Positions 53,589-61,856 of a stretch of DNA of 64,000 nucleotides are shown here, piece by piece. The notes below the pieces were generated by a model, which saw nothing but the letters and a program-made list of their open reading frames with translations, was not told the origin of the DNA and made no database searches. This stretch comes from a virus, in IMG/VR virus record IMGVR_UViG_3300020204_000008; one strand, given 5' to 3'. Both the position numbers and the translations under genes were made by a program. Every line of letters starts with the position of its first letter. The stretch's first letter is position 1.

Positions 53589-54752
53589 ATGACAACACCA
53601 GATCCATTTAAAATTGTAAGTAAATACAATACTGAGGTAACTCTCACGCCAGATGACAAGAACTCTGGAGTAAAGATATATTGCCAAGAAGACTATGCTC
53701 AAGAGCTATATGATCGAATGAATAAACTTGAGAGCACCGGACAGTTGCACACAGCCAATAAGGATCTTGAAGAAAACGGAGTATATCGAGTAAAAGCAAA
53801 TCTAATCTCATTTGAGGATAAATTAATCCACGCAGAAGAAATTGGATCCAAGACTCCAGTAATAATTCCATTTAGAGAGTATTCAAAGGATCTTGAAGTT
53901 CTTTCTAGAGGCGAAGGCCGAGAGTTCTTAATCATGGTTTATAAATCAACTAAACACGGAGAAAATTATGGATCTGAAAGAAAAGCTATCTCCATCTCGT
54001 ATAAACAAGAATTGTTTGACCACCTTAAAGAAAACACTTGGTTTGATGTTACCATCACAAAACTAATAAAAGGAGGATATTTAGCAGTCTATAAAAAAGA
54101 GATTGAATGCTTTATACCTGGATCACATGCAGCAGCAAATGTCGTTCATAACTTTAATGACATGTTAAACAAGACTCTAACTGTCATGGTGGACAACTAC
54201 GATCAAACTAATGATCTATTCATACTTTCATACAAAAAATACGTAACTCAATCCATGCCAACCATGATTGAGAACCTAGAATTTAATCGAGAATATCAAG
54301 GAGTTCTTACTAATAAACCATACGATTTTGGAGTGTTTGTTGAGATCGACGGCTACTTTACTGGTCTAGTTCACCAGACCGAATTTGAAAATTACGATGT
54401 TATCAGAAAGACCCTAAAGACCGGTGATAAATTAAACGTGTTTGTAAAAGATATCACCACAAAAGGTGGTCAGTTTAGAGTAGTTCTTACCCTAAATTCT
54501 AAAAGCGTAAATGCTGAAAAACTTGCATGGCAAAAACTTAGAGAAAAGACAGAGACTAAAAGCTTTGCATACGATGTTGATCCTAAGAAAAATTCAATTT
54601 CAATCTATATCGATGGTGAAAACTATGAAGTCTCCCTAAAAAGAAAAGATCTTGAAAAGAACTTAAGTCGATTCCCATATGTTAAGGTTTCTAAAGTAGA
54701 TGTCTTAAATAAGAGCTTAAAGTTTGAATTTGTTGAGGACTCTGAAAATTAA
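53589..54752 (+). CDS. Ribosomal protein bS1-like multi-S1-domain RNA-binding protein
   Basis: S1 repeats KGGYLA...CFIPGSH and DFGVFVEIDGYFTGLVHQTE...LKTGDKLNVFVKDI. Confidence 0.8.
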   Translation: MTTPDPFKIVSKYNTEVTLTPDDKNSGVKIYCQEDYAQELYDRMNKLESTGQLHTANKDLEENGVYRVKANLISFEDKLIHAEEIGSKTPVIIPFREYSKDLEVLSRGEGREFLIMVYKSTKHGENYGSERKAISISYKQELFDHLKENTWFDVTITKLIKGGYLAVYKKEIECFIPGSHAAANVVHNFNDMLNKTLTVMVDNYDQTNDLFILSYKKYVTQSMPTMIENLEFNREYQGVLTNKPYDFGVFVEIDGYFTGLVHQTEFENYDVIRKTLKTGDKLNVFVKDITTKGGQFRVVLTLNSKSVNAEKLAWQKLREKTETKSFAYDVDPKKNSISIYIDGENYEVSLKRKDLEKNLSRFPYVKVSKVDVLNKSLKFEFVEDSEN

Positions 54753-54905
54753 TTTCTAAAAGAGCTCTCATCCAAATGGAGGTCAAGATAAATAACTTAG
54801 AACTAGTTCAGTTCAATCTAGATTAACGACGCGACATTAAAAAAATTAACAATTAGCCCAGCTGATGTATAGGCTGATCTGTCTAAAAAAAACAAGTAAA
54901 AGAGT

Positions 54906-55913
54906 ATGGTAAGTTCACTTTTTAAAGAGCGAGTAGAGTATAAACCGTTTGAATATCCAATATATTACACAGAAGGATGGCTTAAACAGGCTCAAGCCTT
55001 TTGGTTGCACACTGAGATCTCAATGCAAGGGGATCTTAAAGACTGGAATGAAAAACTAAGCAAATCAGAAAAAAACCTAGTCGGTAACATATTATTAGGT
55101 TTTGCTCAAACTGAGTGTGCAGTATCAGATTATTGGACTAGCATGGTGACTAAATGGTTCCCTAAGCATGAGATAAAGCAGATGGCCATGATCTTTGGTT
55201 CTCAGGAAACAATACATGCAACCGCTTATTCATACCTAAATGAGACTCTTGGCCTAGAAGATTTTAAAGGATTCTTACACGAACCGACAATCGCTAATAA
55301 ATTCGAATTTCTTCTTTCAACAGCTAATGATTATACCAATATCGATTTATGTGAATCATCAGATGCCCGCAGAGATGCGGCAAAGTCTCTTGCTATATTT
55401 TCCGCATTTGCCGAAGGAGTATCCCTCTATTCGTCCTTTGCAGTTCTCTATTCTTTTCAAATGAGAGATCTCTTAAAAGGAATAGGCCAACAGATGAAAT
55501 GGTCAGTTAGAGACGAGTCACTACACTCAAAGATGGGTTGTCAGTTATTTCGACACATGTGTGAAGAATATCCTGAATTAAAGGATTCAGTTCAATCACA
55601 AGTCGAAGAGGCTGCCTCTTTAATGGTAGACATGGAACTTCGATTCATCGATAAGATGTTTGAAATGGGAGATCTAGAAAACTTAAAAGCCGATCATCTT
55701 AAAGAATTCATTAAGAAAAGAGCAAACGAGAAGCTAAATGAATTGGGTTACGAATCCATCTTTCACTACAGCGAAGACCTAGCATCTGAACTGGACTGGT
55801 TTTATCATCTTACTGGAGGTGTGACTTGGACAGATTTCTTTGCAATAAGATCAACTGATTATTCTAAAGCTGGAGAATCAGAGGACTGGGACGAAGATTC
55901 ACTTTTTAGTTAA
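54906..55913 (+). CDS. nrdB: Ribonucleotide reductase class Ia beta subunit
   Basis: YKPFEYP, FWLHTE, ETIHATAY, EGVSLYSSF, RDESLH. Confidence 0.95.
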   Translation: MVSSLFKERVEYKPFEYPIYYTEGWLKQAQAFWLHTEISMQGDLKDWNEKLSKSEKNLVGNILLGFAQTECAVSDYWTSMVTKWFPKHEIKQMAMIFGSQETIHATAYSYLNETLGLEDFKGFLHEPTIANKFEFLLSTANDYTNIDLCESSDARRDAAKSLAIFSAFAEGVSLYSSFAVLYSFQMRDLLKGIGQQMKWSVRDESLHSKMGCQLFRHMCEEYPELKDSVQSQVEEAASLMVDMELRFIDKMFEMGDLENLKADHLKEFIKKRANEKLNELGYESIFHYSEDLASELDWFYHLTGGVTWTDFFAIRSTDYSKAGESEDWDEDSLFS

Positions 55914-55924
55914 TCTAAGCAAGC

Positions 55925-56065
55925 ATGAAAGAATTAATCAATCGATTACACAAAGCCGGAACAAACGGTAATTCTAACTATATTATAGTCAGCCCTGAAT
56001 TAGCACTTAAAATAAAAGAAGAAAACAAAAAGAAAAATGGAAGAAAAAGAAATAAATCACGGTGA
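55925..56065 (+). CDS. Possible 46-aa microprotein between nrdB and nrdA
   Basis: Translated by hand: MKELINRLHKAGTNGNSNYIIVSPELALKIKEENKKKNGRKRNKSR. Confidence 0.4.
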   Translation: MKELINRLHKAGTNGNSNYIIVSPELALKIKEENKKKNGRKRNKSR

Positions 56066-57842
56066 GCCTCAAGGCTGGGAAATAGGAGTACACTTTCCAG
56101 TCTGGGCAAACACTGAAGTATACGTTAAAACAGTTTCTAGAGGATACTTACTAGAGGGAGAAACACCAAAGGATGCATACTGGAGAGTATCAACAGCCGT
56201 TGCTAAAAGACTTAGAAAACCCGAACTTGCCTCCAAGTTCTTTGATTATATGTGGAAAGGATGGTTAAACTTAGCCACCCCAGTATTTTCTAACACCGGC
56301 ACTGAAAGAGGTTTACCTATCTCCTGTTTTGGAATAGACGTCGCCGATTCAATAGCAGACATTGGAATTAAAAACCTTGAACTTATGCTCTTAGCTAAAC
56401 ACGGTGGAGGAGTAGGAATAGGCATCAATCAAGTTCGACCAGCCGGTTCTAAGATATCTCAAAACGGTACTTCAGATGGTGTCGTTCCCTTTTGTAAGAT
56501 CTATGATTCAGCAGTATTAGCTACTAATCAAGGGAACGTAAGAAGAGGTGCTGCCTCAGTCAATATTGATATTGAACATGGAGACTTTTGGGATTGGTTA
56601 GAGATTAGGGAACCTAAAGGGGATGTTAATCGTCAATGTTTAAACCTTCATCAATGCGTGATAGTATCAGACGATTTTATGCAAAGACTCGAACACGGCG
56701 ATAAGGAAGCTCGACGCAGATGGGCAGCAGTGTTGAGGAAACGCAAGGCCACTGGCGAGCCATATATCATGTATAAAGGAAACGTTAACCGTCAGAGCCC
56801 AGAAGCCTATAAAAAGAACGGGCTTAAGGTATACATGACCAATATCTGTAGCGAGATCACTCTACATACTGATGAGAACCACTCATTTGTTTGCTGTTTA
56901 TCTTCGCTAAACCTAGCAAAATACGATGAGTGGAAAGACACCGATCTGATCTATACTGCTACTTGGTTTCTGGATGGAGTCTTGGAAGAGTTTATCCAAC
57001 GTGCTAAATACATGAGAGGATTTGAAAACTCAGTAAGATCTGCAGAAAAAGGTAGAGCTCTAGGCTTAGGCGTCCTAGGTTGGCACACTTATCTACAAAA
57101 TAAGAATATCCCGTTTGATTCTCTACCTGCTCAGTTTGAGACCAGAAAGATCTTTTCTCAATTAAAGATTGAGAGCGAAAGAGCAAGTAGAGACATGGCT
57201 AGAGAATTTGGAGAGCCCCTATGGTGTGTTGGTACTGGAATGAGAAACACTCACTTAAGAGCCATCGCGCCCACCGTTTCTAACTCAAAGCTTTCAGGTA
57301 ATGTTTCAGCGGGTATCGAGCCTTGGGCAGCAAACGTCTTTACCGAACAGACTGCAAAAGGAACCTTTATTCGTAAGAATCCATCACTAGAAAAAGTTCT
57401 TGAAAAGATTGGACAAAACACTCGAGAAGTTTGGGATCAGATCTTAATTGACGGCGGTTCTGTTCAGGGACTAGATTTTATGGATAACTATCGAGTAAAA
57501 CTTGGAGAATCTAGCAACCCTATCACACTTAATAAGTTTTCTAAGCTTCCTGAAATTGAACAAAGTCAATATGTTCCTCTAAAGGAAGTATACTTAACAT
57601 TTAAGGAAATAAATCAACTTGAATTAGTTCGTCAAGCCGGGCTACGACAGCAATATATAGATCAAGCAGTTTCCTTAAACCTAGCATTTCCGACTGACGC
57701 TGAGCCCAAGTTTATTAATCAAGTTCACCTAGAAGCATATCAATCAGGCATCAAGACCCTTTATTATATGCGAACTGAATCTGTTCTTAGAGGAGATATT
57801 TCTGCCAGAGCAATGGCCGATTGTTTAAGCTGTGATGGGTAA
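56037..57842 (+). CDS. nrdA: Ribonucleotide reductase class Ia alpha subunit (short, no obvious ATP cone)
   Basis: ATPVFSN, PISCF, GGGVG, TNICSEI, VCCLSS, AIAPT, KTLYY, C-terminal CLSCDG. Confidence 0.95.
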   Translation: MEEKEINHGEPQGWEIGVHFPVWANTEVYVKTVSRGYLLEGETPKDAYWRVSTAVAKRLRKPELASKFFDYMWKGWLNLATPVFSNTGTERGLPISCFGIDVADSIADIGIKNLELMLLAKHGGGVGIGINQVRPAGSKISQNGTSDGVVPFCKIYDSAVLATNQGNVRRGAASVNIDIEHGDFWDWLEIREPKGDVNRQCLNLHQCVIVSDDFMQRLEHGDKEARRRWAAVLRKRKATGEPYIMYKGNVNRQSPEAYKKNGLKVYMTNICSEITLHTDENHSFVCCLSSLNLAKYDEWKDTDLIYTATWFLDGVLEEFIQRAKYMRGFENSVRSAEKGRALGLGVLGWHTYLQNKNIPFDSLPAQFETRKIFSQLKIESERASRDMAREFGEPLWCVGTGMRNTHLRAIAPTVSNSKLSGNVSAGIEPWAANVFTEQTAKGTFIRKNPSLEKVLEKIGQNTREVWDQILIDGGSVQGLDFMDNYRVKLGESSNPITLNKFSKLPEIEQSQYVPLKEVYLTFKEINQLELVRQAGLRQQYIDQAVSLNLAFPTDAEPKFINQVHLEAYQSGIKTLYYMRTESVLRGDISARAMADCLSCDG

Positions 57843-57867
57843 CCATCAATAAAAACATAATATGATG

Positions 57868-57975
57868 CAGCAAATAACTTTTACTGCTTTTTTTAAATAA
57901 ATAATAAAAAATCTAGTCTCATGCTTAAGTCATTCATTCAATTTATAAATGAGAATAAAAAAGATAATGAAGTTG
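57868..57975 (+). repeat. Copy 1 of ~110-bp direct repeat: terminator-like hairpin + ATAAATA promoter + leader + capsid-targeting codons
   Basis: Shares CTTTTACTGCTTTTTTT and ATAAATAATAAAAAATCTAGTCTCATGCTTAA with 58538-58645. Confidence 0.85.
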
Positions 57976-58535
57976 ACCCTTCTTTAAGTAAAAAATTTAA
58001 TTTCTATTCTATTCCTGGAGGTAAGGGTAACTATAGATCAGCACAAATTACTATGGATGATTACCCTGGAATAATTACAAAATATGGGATTAAAAACATT
58101 ATTAGAATGAATGGAGATGGACACGATTCTAAACACAGAGGAGCATATCCGGAAACTTCTAGAAGGGAGGAAGAAGAGATGTGTAAAAAATTAGGTTGTA
58201 CCTTTAATTTTATAAATGCCCATGAAGGATATTTATCTGGAAAAGGGTATGTGGGGTCATTGAAAAAAATATTACCTATTCTAAAGAAAGGAAATACATT
58301 GGTTCATTGTGCACATGGGGCGGATAGGACAGGGTATGTAGTTGCTTCCCACCTTCGGGATATTGGAGTGATGGTGGATAAAGATAAATTGTGGGAATAT
58401 ACAACTCAATATAATGGTTGGCAAAATATGGTAAATAAAGGAAATTTTTTCGGAACTGGATATGCTAAATATGCTGATGCTTTTTACCCTATACAAGAAT
58501 TAAAAAAGAAACATAAAATAATTAAAAAAATATAA
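57921..58535 (+). CDS. Protein tyrosine / dual-specificity phosphatase with capsid-targeting-like N-terminus
   Basis: HCAHGADRTG CX5R active site, YRSAQ motif; starts MLKSFIQFINE. Confidence 0.85.
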   Translation: MLKSFIQFINENKKDNEVDPSLSKKFNFYSIPGGKGNYRSAQITMDDYPGIITKYGIKNIIRMNGDGHDSKHRGAYPETSRREEEEMCKKLGCTFNFINAHEGYLSGKGYVGSLKKILPILKKGNTLVHCAHGADRTGYVVASHLRDIGVMVDKDKLWEYTTQYNGWQNMVNKGNFFGTGYAKYADAFYPIQELKKKHKIIKKI

Positions 58536-58537
58536 AA

Positions 58538-58645
58538 CAGTAAATACCTTTTACTGCTTTTTTTGTTTAGATAAATAATAAAAAATCTAGTCTCATGCTT
58601 AATTTCAATCAATTCATAAATGAGAGTAAAGACAATGAATTTGAA
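58538..58645 (+). repeat. Copy 2 of the direct repeat
   Basis: See 57868-57975. Confidence 0.85.
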
Positions 58646-58828
58646 TCTATCGAAAAAGGAGACACCATTCGCTGGATGGGAACTCGGTGTCAAGTTAAAA
58701 GAGCAACTGACGGTGTGATCACGATCGCTGGAAAAAACAAAGACATCCAAATAAATCGAGGAATGTGGAAGGAGAGAGGAGGAGTCATTATCGAAAAAAA
58801 GAAAGATTCTAACAAAGATGAAAAATAA
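58595..58828 (+). CDS. Small SH3-like protein with capsid-targeting-like N-terminus
   Basis: MLNFNQFINES; IEKGDTIRW. Confidence 0.65.
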   Translation: MLNFNQFINESKDNEFESIEKGDTIRWMGTRCQVKRATDGVITIAGKNKDIQINRGMWKERGGVIIEKKKDSNKDEK

Positions 58829-59330
58829 ACACATTAAAGGATATTCTGATTTTTTATTTGAACAGGACACGGCAGCCCCACCACCAATGCCTGGAGCTCC
58901 ACCGATGCCTGGAGCACCTGGAGCACCCGGTGCAAAACCAGTGGAATATAAATTCATATTTATGACTGGCCCAGAAGATGCAGGTACTTCTCGAAGAAAA
59001 TATCCAGACGGTAGTGTAGTTATCGAATATCCATGCTATTCTATTAAAAAAGATAAATTACAAGCTTGGATCAAGGAAAACATCATTTCTTCAGAAAAAA
59101 ATGAGTTGAACAAGCCCGAAATAGAGATTCGTCAGAAAAGCTTAGAGGACATAATTAAAGGAGATCGTACTAATATCTCAAGCGACGATCTTCCATTTAT
59201 TGAAAAGTTAAAAAACGCAGTGTCAGCCAACCTAATTGCTAAAAAATTATCAGACGTTACTGTTGTTTTCTCAAACAGTACCCCGACCACTGATGAGATT
59301 GAGGTGACTTTTATAAAACATAAGAGATAA
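58818..59330 (+). CDS. Hypothetical protein with capsid-targeting-like N-terminus and Pro-rich linker
   Basis: MKNKHIKGYSDFLFEQ; PPPMPGAPPMPGAPGAPGA. Confidence 0.7.
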   Translation: MKNKHIKGYSDFLFEQDTAAPPPMPGAPPMPGAPGAPGAKPVEYKFIFMTGPEDAGTSRRKYPDGSVVIEYPCYSIKKDKLQAWIKENIISSEKNELNKPEIEIRQKSLEDIIKGDRTNISSDDLPFIEKLKNAVSANLIAKKLSDVTVVFSNSTPTTDEIEVTFIKHKR

Positions 59331-60079
59331 TGCTTAAATCGTTCATTCAATTCATAAATGAGAGTGTGGAGAGCAAGGAAGAGTTTGTCAAGAGATTAGC
59401 TCAGACTCTAATCACCAAGATTCGTACCTCTTCAATGGAAGAGAGTACCGAATACTCTGTTTTTTCTGGAATGGAATTTATTGAACCATTTACGTTTGAC
59501 CTAATCATAAACGTTCGTCGAGACTCTTCACCCGACTTTGAAGAAGACAGCCACTTTGAGGATTTACCCTGGGAAAAGCTAAACTATGATAAGCTAGGCT
59601 ACAGCATAGATGCTAATACTCGAATGAGTCGTGATCAGTCAAGCGTGCCAAAAATCATATTCCATATCATCTTAAATCCTAGAAAGGAACCTCTTTTATA
59701 CAGCAAACTACAGTATCGATTAATCGATATCCTAGCGCATGAAACAAATCATCTAGATCAGTTAGGAATGAATCGTACTCCTTTTAATTCTCACGTAAGC
59801 AGTAAAAGTGAACGTGAAGGAGCTAAAAAAAGTTATCGATACTTTTTACTAATGGATGAAATAGAATCGATGATTGAAGGAATGTATCAAAGTTCAAAGG
59901 AACAGGGTTGTCCAATCGATCAAGTATTCGATGACTACCTTCTACCGTTTATTGAATCTGGATATATGAGCGAGTCAGAATACAAACACGTAATGGAAGC
60001 ATGGGTTACCCGAGCAGTAGAATTATATCCAGACGCTACTTTTTCAAGTAAAGTAGACGATATCGTTAACTCAATATAA
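59330..60079 (+). CDS. HExxH zinc-metallopeptidase-like protein with capsid-targeting-like N-terminus
   Basis: MLKSFIQFINES; LAHETNHLDQ and a downstream DEIE. Confidence 0.65.
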   Translation: MLKSFIQFINESVESKEEFVKRLAQTLITKIRTSSMEESTEYSVFSGMEFIEPFTFDLIINVRRDSSPDFEEDSHFEDLPWEKLNYDKLGYSIDANTRMSRDQSSVPKIIFHIILNPRKEPLLYSKLQYRLIDILAHETNHLDQLGMNRTPFNSHVSSKSEREGAKKSYRYFLLMDEIESMIEGMYQSSKEQGCPIDQVFDDYLLPFIESGYMSESEYKHVMEAWVTRAVELYPDATFSSKVDDIVNSI

Positions 60080-60107
60080 AAACCAAATCCATCTTATTAA
60101 GTATAAT
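60080..60107 (+). promoter_or_regulatory. ECF-type promoter upstream of the Hc1-like gene
   Basis: AAAC-N17-GTATAAT. Confidence 0.55.
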
Positions 60108-60127
60108 ACTCTAAAAAAGTATTAAAT

Positions 60128-60397
60128 ATGAACGATTTTGAAAAATTAAAAGCGGAGATTGCATCAGCACAGTCTGCAATCTTTGAACCTATTGTTTCTC
60201 TTGTATCAGCCGCAGAAGACGATGCTGATAAGTATTATGGAAAAGGCGTAAAAAGCGCTGGAAACAGACTTAAAAAGAAAATGCAAGAGATCAGAAAAGC
60301 AATCAAGCATCCAGCAGTTAAGGCTGAGATGACCAAAATTCAAGAAGGAGCAAAAAATCTTCGTCAGACTTTGACCGACGAAATCTCTTCTAAGTAA
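60128..60397 (+). CDS. Histone H1-like (Hc1-type) nucleoid protein
   Basis: AEDDADKYYGKGVKSAGNRLKKKMQEIRK resembles the Hc1/Bacteroidota histone-H1-like motif KF..KGNKAAG.R.RK. Confidence 0.7.
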   Translation: MNDFEKLKAEIASAQSAIFEPIVSLVSAAEDDADKYYGKGVKSAGNRLKKKMQEIRKAIKHPAVKAEMTKIQEGAKNLRQTLTDEISSK

Positions 60398-60419
60398 TTT
60401 ACTCCCCCAACCTATAAAC

Positions 60420-60452
60420 AAAAAAAATGCCTCTTTTTGAGGCATTTTTTTT
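60420..60452. terminator. Intrinsic terminator, symmetric
   Basis: AAAAAAAATGCCTC-TTTTT-GAGGCATTTTTTTT. Confidence 0.85.
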
Positions 60453-60509
60453 GTTTTTTAAAAACTTTTATCGAATTACCAGTAAAAGAATATAAAAATA
60501 ACAAAAATT

Positions 60510-61544
60510 ATGACAGATTTTTTTGATTTACCAGAAGAGAGCTTTTCAAAGAAACCTCAGGCTGGTGGCAGTAAAAAAGTGGATCCAAACATCTATGATC
60601 CAGATCCAAATGCGCACAGCGGTTCGTATAAATCAGTTTTTCGATTTATCCCGTATGTGTTTGACAAAACCAAGAGCAAGTACACCAAGTACACTGCTAA
60701 GTTTTGGAATCCTTTAACTAAGGAATCCGTAATCGTTGATTGTCCATCAAACGTTGAAAAACCATCAATTCTTTGGACGATGGAATCCGTTCTTCGTTCT
60801 CTAAAGAAAGAGGAACCTGAAATCGTTGATGAAATCGGCAAAAATTTCTCAAGATGGAATACTAGCCATTCAGCAGTATACATCAAGAAAGATCCACAAA
60901 GACCTGACCTAGAGGGCACGATCAAGATCTTTAAGTTTAGAAATCAGATCGGAATGTTGATCGATCAGTTAGTAAATCCTGAAGAATTAGAAGGTCTCTC
61001 TACTGGAAAAAAGGTAAATCCTTATCACCTATTAGAAGGAAAAGATTTCCTTTGCGTTGTAGGTAAAAAAACCAAGGACTTTAGAGATTGGTCTAAATGT
61101 AAATTCATGGACGAGGTAACTCCATTCATGTTTAAGATCGGTGACACTCAAGTTCAAGTTAAGAATGATGAAAAATCAGTTAAGCTTGTGACTGAGTTCA
61201 TGACTAAAAACACTCCAAAAATAGATGAGTATTTTCACCAAGAGTGGACCGAGGAAACTTTTTCTAAAGTCGCGGAAGCAATCATTGCAGCAGTTCCTCA
61301 AAGAGAAGTATTGGAGATGATACTTGAAAAGAGTAAGGATACTAAGATGAACGATCTTATCAGAGCTAAAATGAAACCTGGAAAATCAAACGCTTCTAAA
61401 GCCAGCGTTAATGATGACCTTGAGTTTAAGAGCTCCACTGCAACTAAATCTATTTTTGAAGAGGAAAATGGAGTTGATACAGCAGTAACAACTTCTGCTG
61501 ATTCTGAAGATGACGAGTACGATTCATTATTCTCAAATCTATAA
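60510..61544 (+). CDS. Single-stranded DNA-binding protein (T4 gp32-like)
   Basis: SVFRFIP, VYIKKDPQRPDLEGTIKIFKF, NPYHLLEGKDF, DWSKCKF; acidic tail DDEYDSLFSNL. Confidence 0.85.
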   Translation: MTDFFDLPEESFSKKPQAGGSKKVDPNIYDPDPNAHSGSYKSVFRFIPYVFDKTKSKYTKYTAKFWNPLTKESVIVDCPSNVEKPSILWTMESVLRSLKKEEPEIVDEIGKNFSRWNTSHSAVYIKKDPQRPDLEGTIKIFKFRNQIGMLIDQLVNPEELEGLSTGKKVNPYHLLEGKDFLCVVGKKTKDFRDWSKCKFMDEVTPFMFKIGDTQVQVKNDEKSVKLVTEFMTKNTPKIDEYFHQEWTEETFSKVAEAIIAAVPQREVLEMILEKSKDTKMNDLIRAKMKPGKSNASKASVNDDLEFKSSTATKSIFEEENGVDTAVTTSADSEDDEYDSLFSNL

Positions 61545-61559
61545 AAATAATAACAACGC

Positions 61560-61847
61560 ATGGAAAATAATAAAGAAACTTCAGTTACTATCGAAAAGGA
61601 GAACAGACAGACCTCTGAAAATCCTCAAAATATCCTATTTGGATCAATTACATATGCTGATGATCAAGCATATGAGGATTTTATCAGCGGAATGAATATT
61701 AGCCAAGCTTTATTTGTTTTAATCGCATCAGCTAACTATTCTCAAGCAAAAGGAGGATTCAACCTATTAGAATCTGAGACTCTTTCTGCAGCAATTAGAG
61801 CAATTCGCAAGACCAGCGAGAAAAACGAATCACAAGATAAAAATTAA
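61560..61847 (+). CDS. Hypothetical protein
   Basis: 95-aa ORF in the replication operon. Confidence 0.65.
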   Translation: MENNKETSVTIEKENRQTSENPQNILFGSITYADDQAYEDFISGMNISQALFVLIASANYSQAKGGFNLLESETLSAAIRAIRKTSEKNESQDKN

Positions 61848-61856
61848 AAAGTTAAC

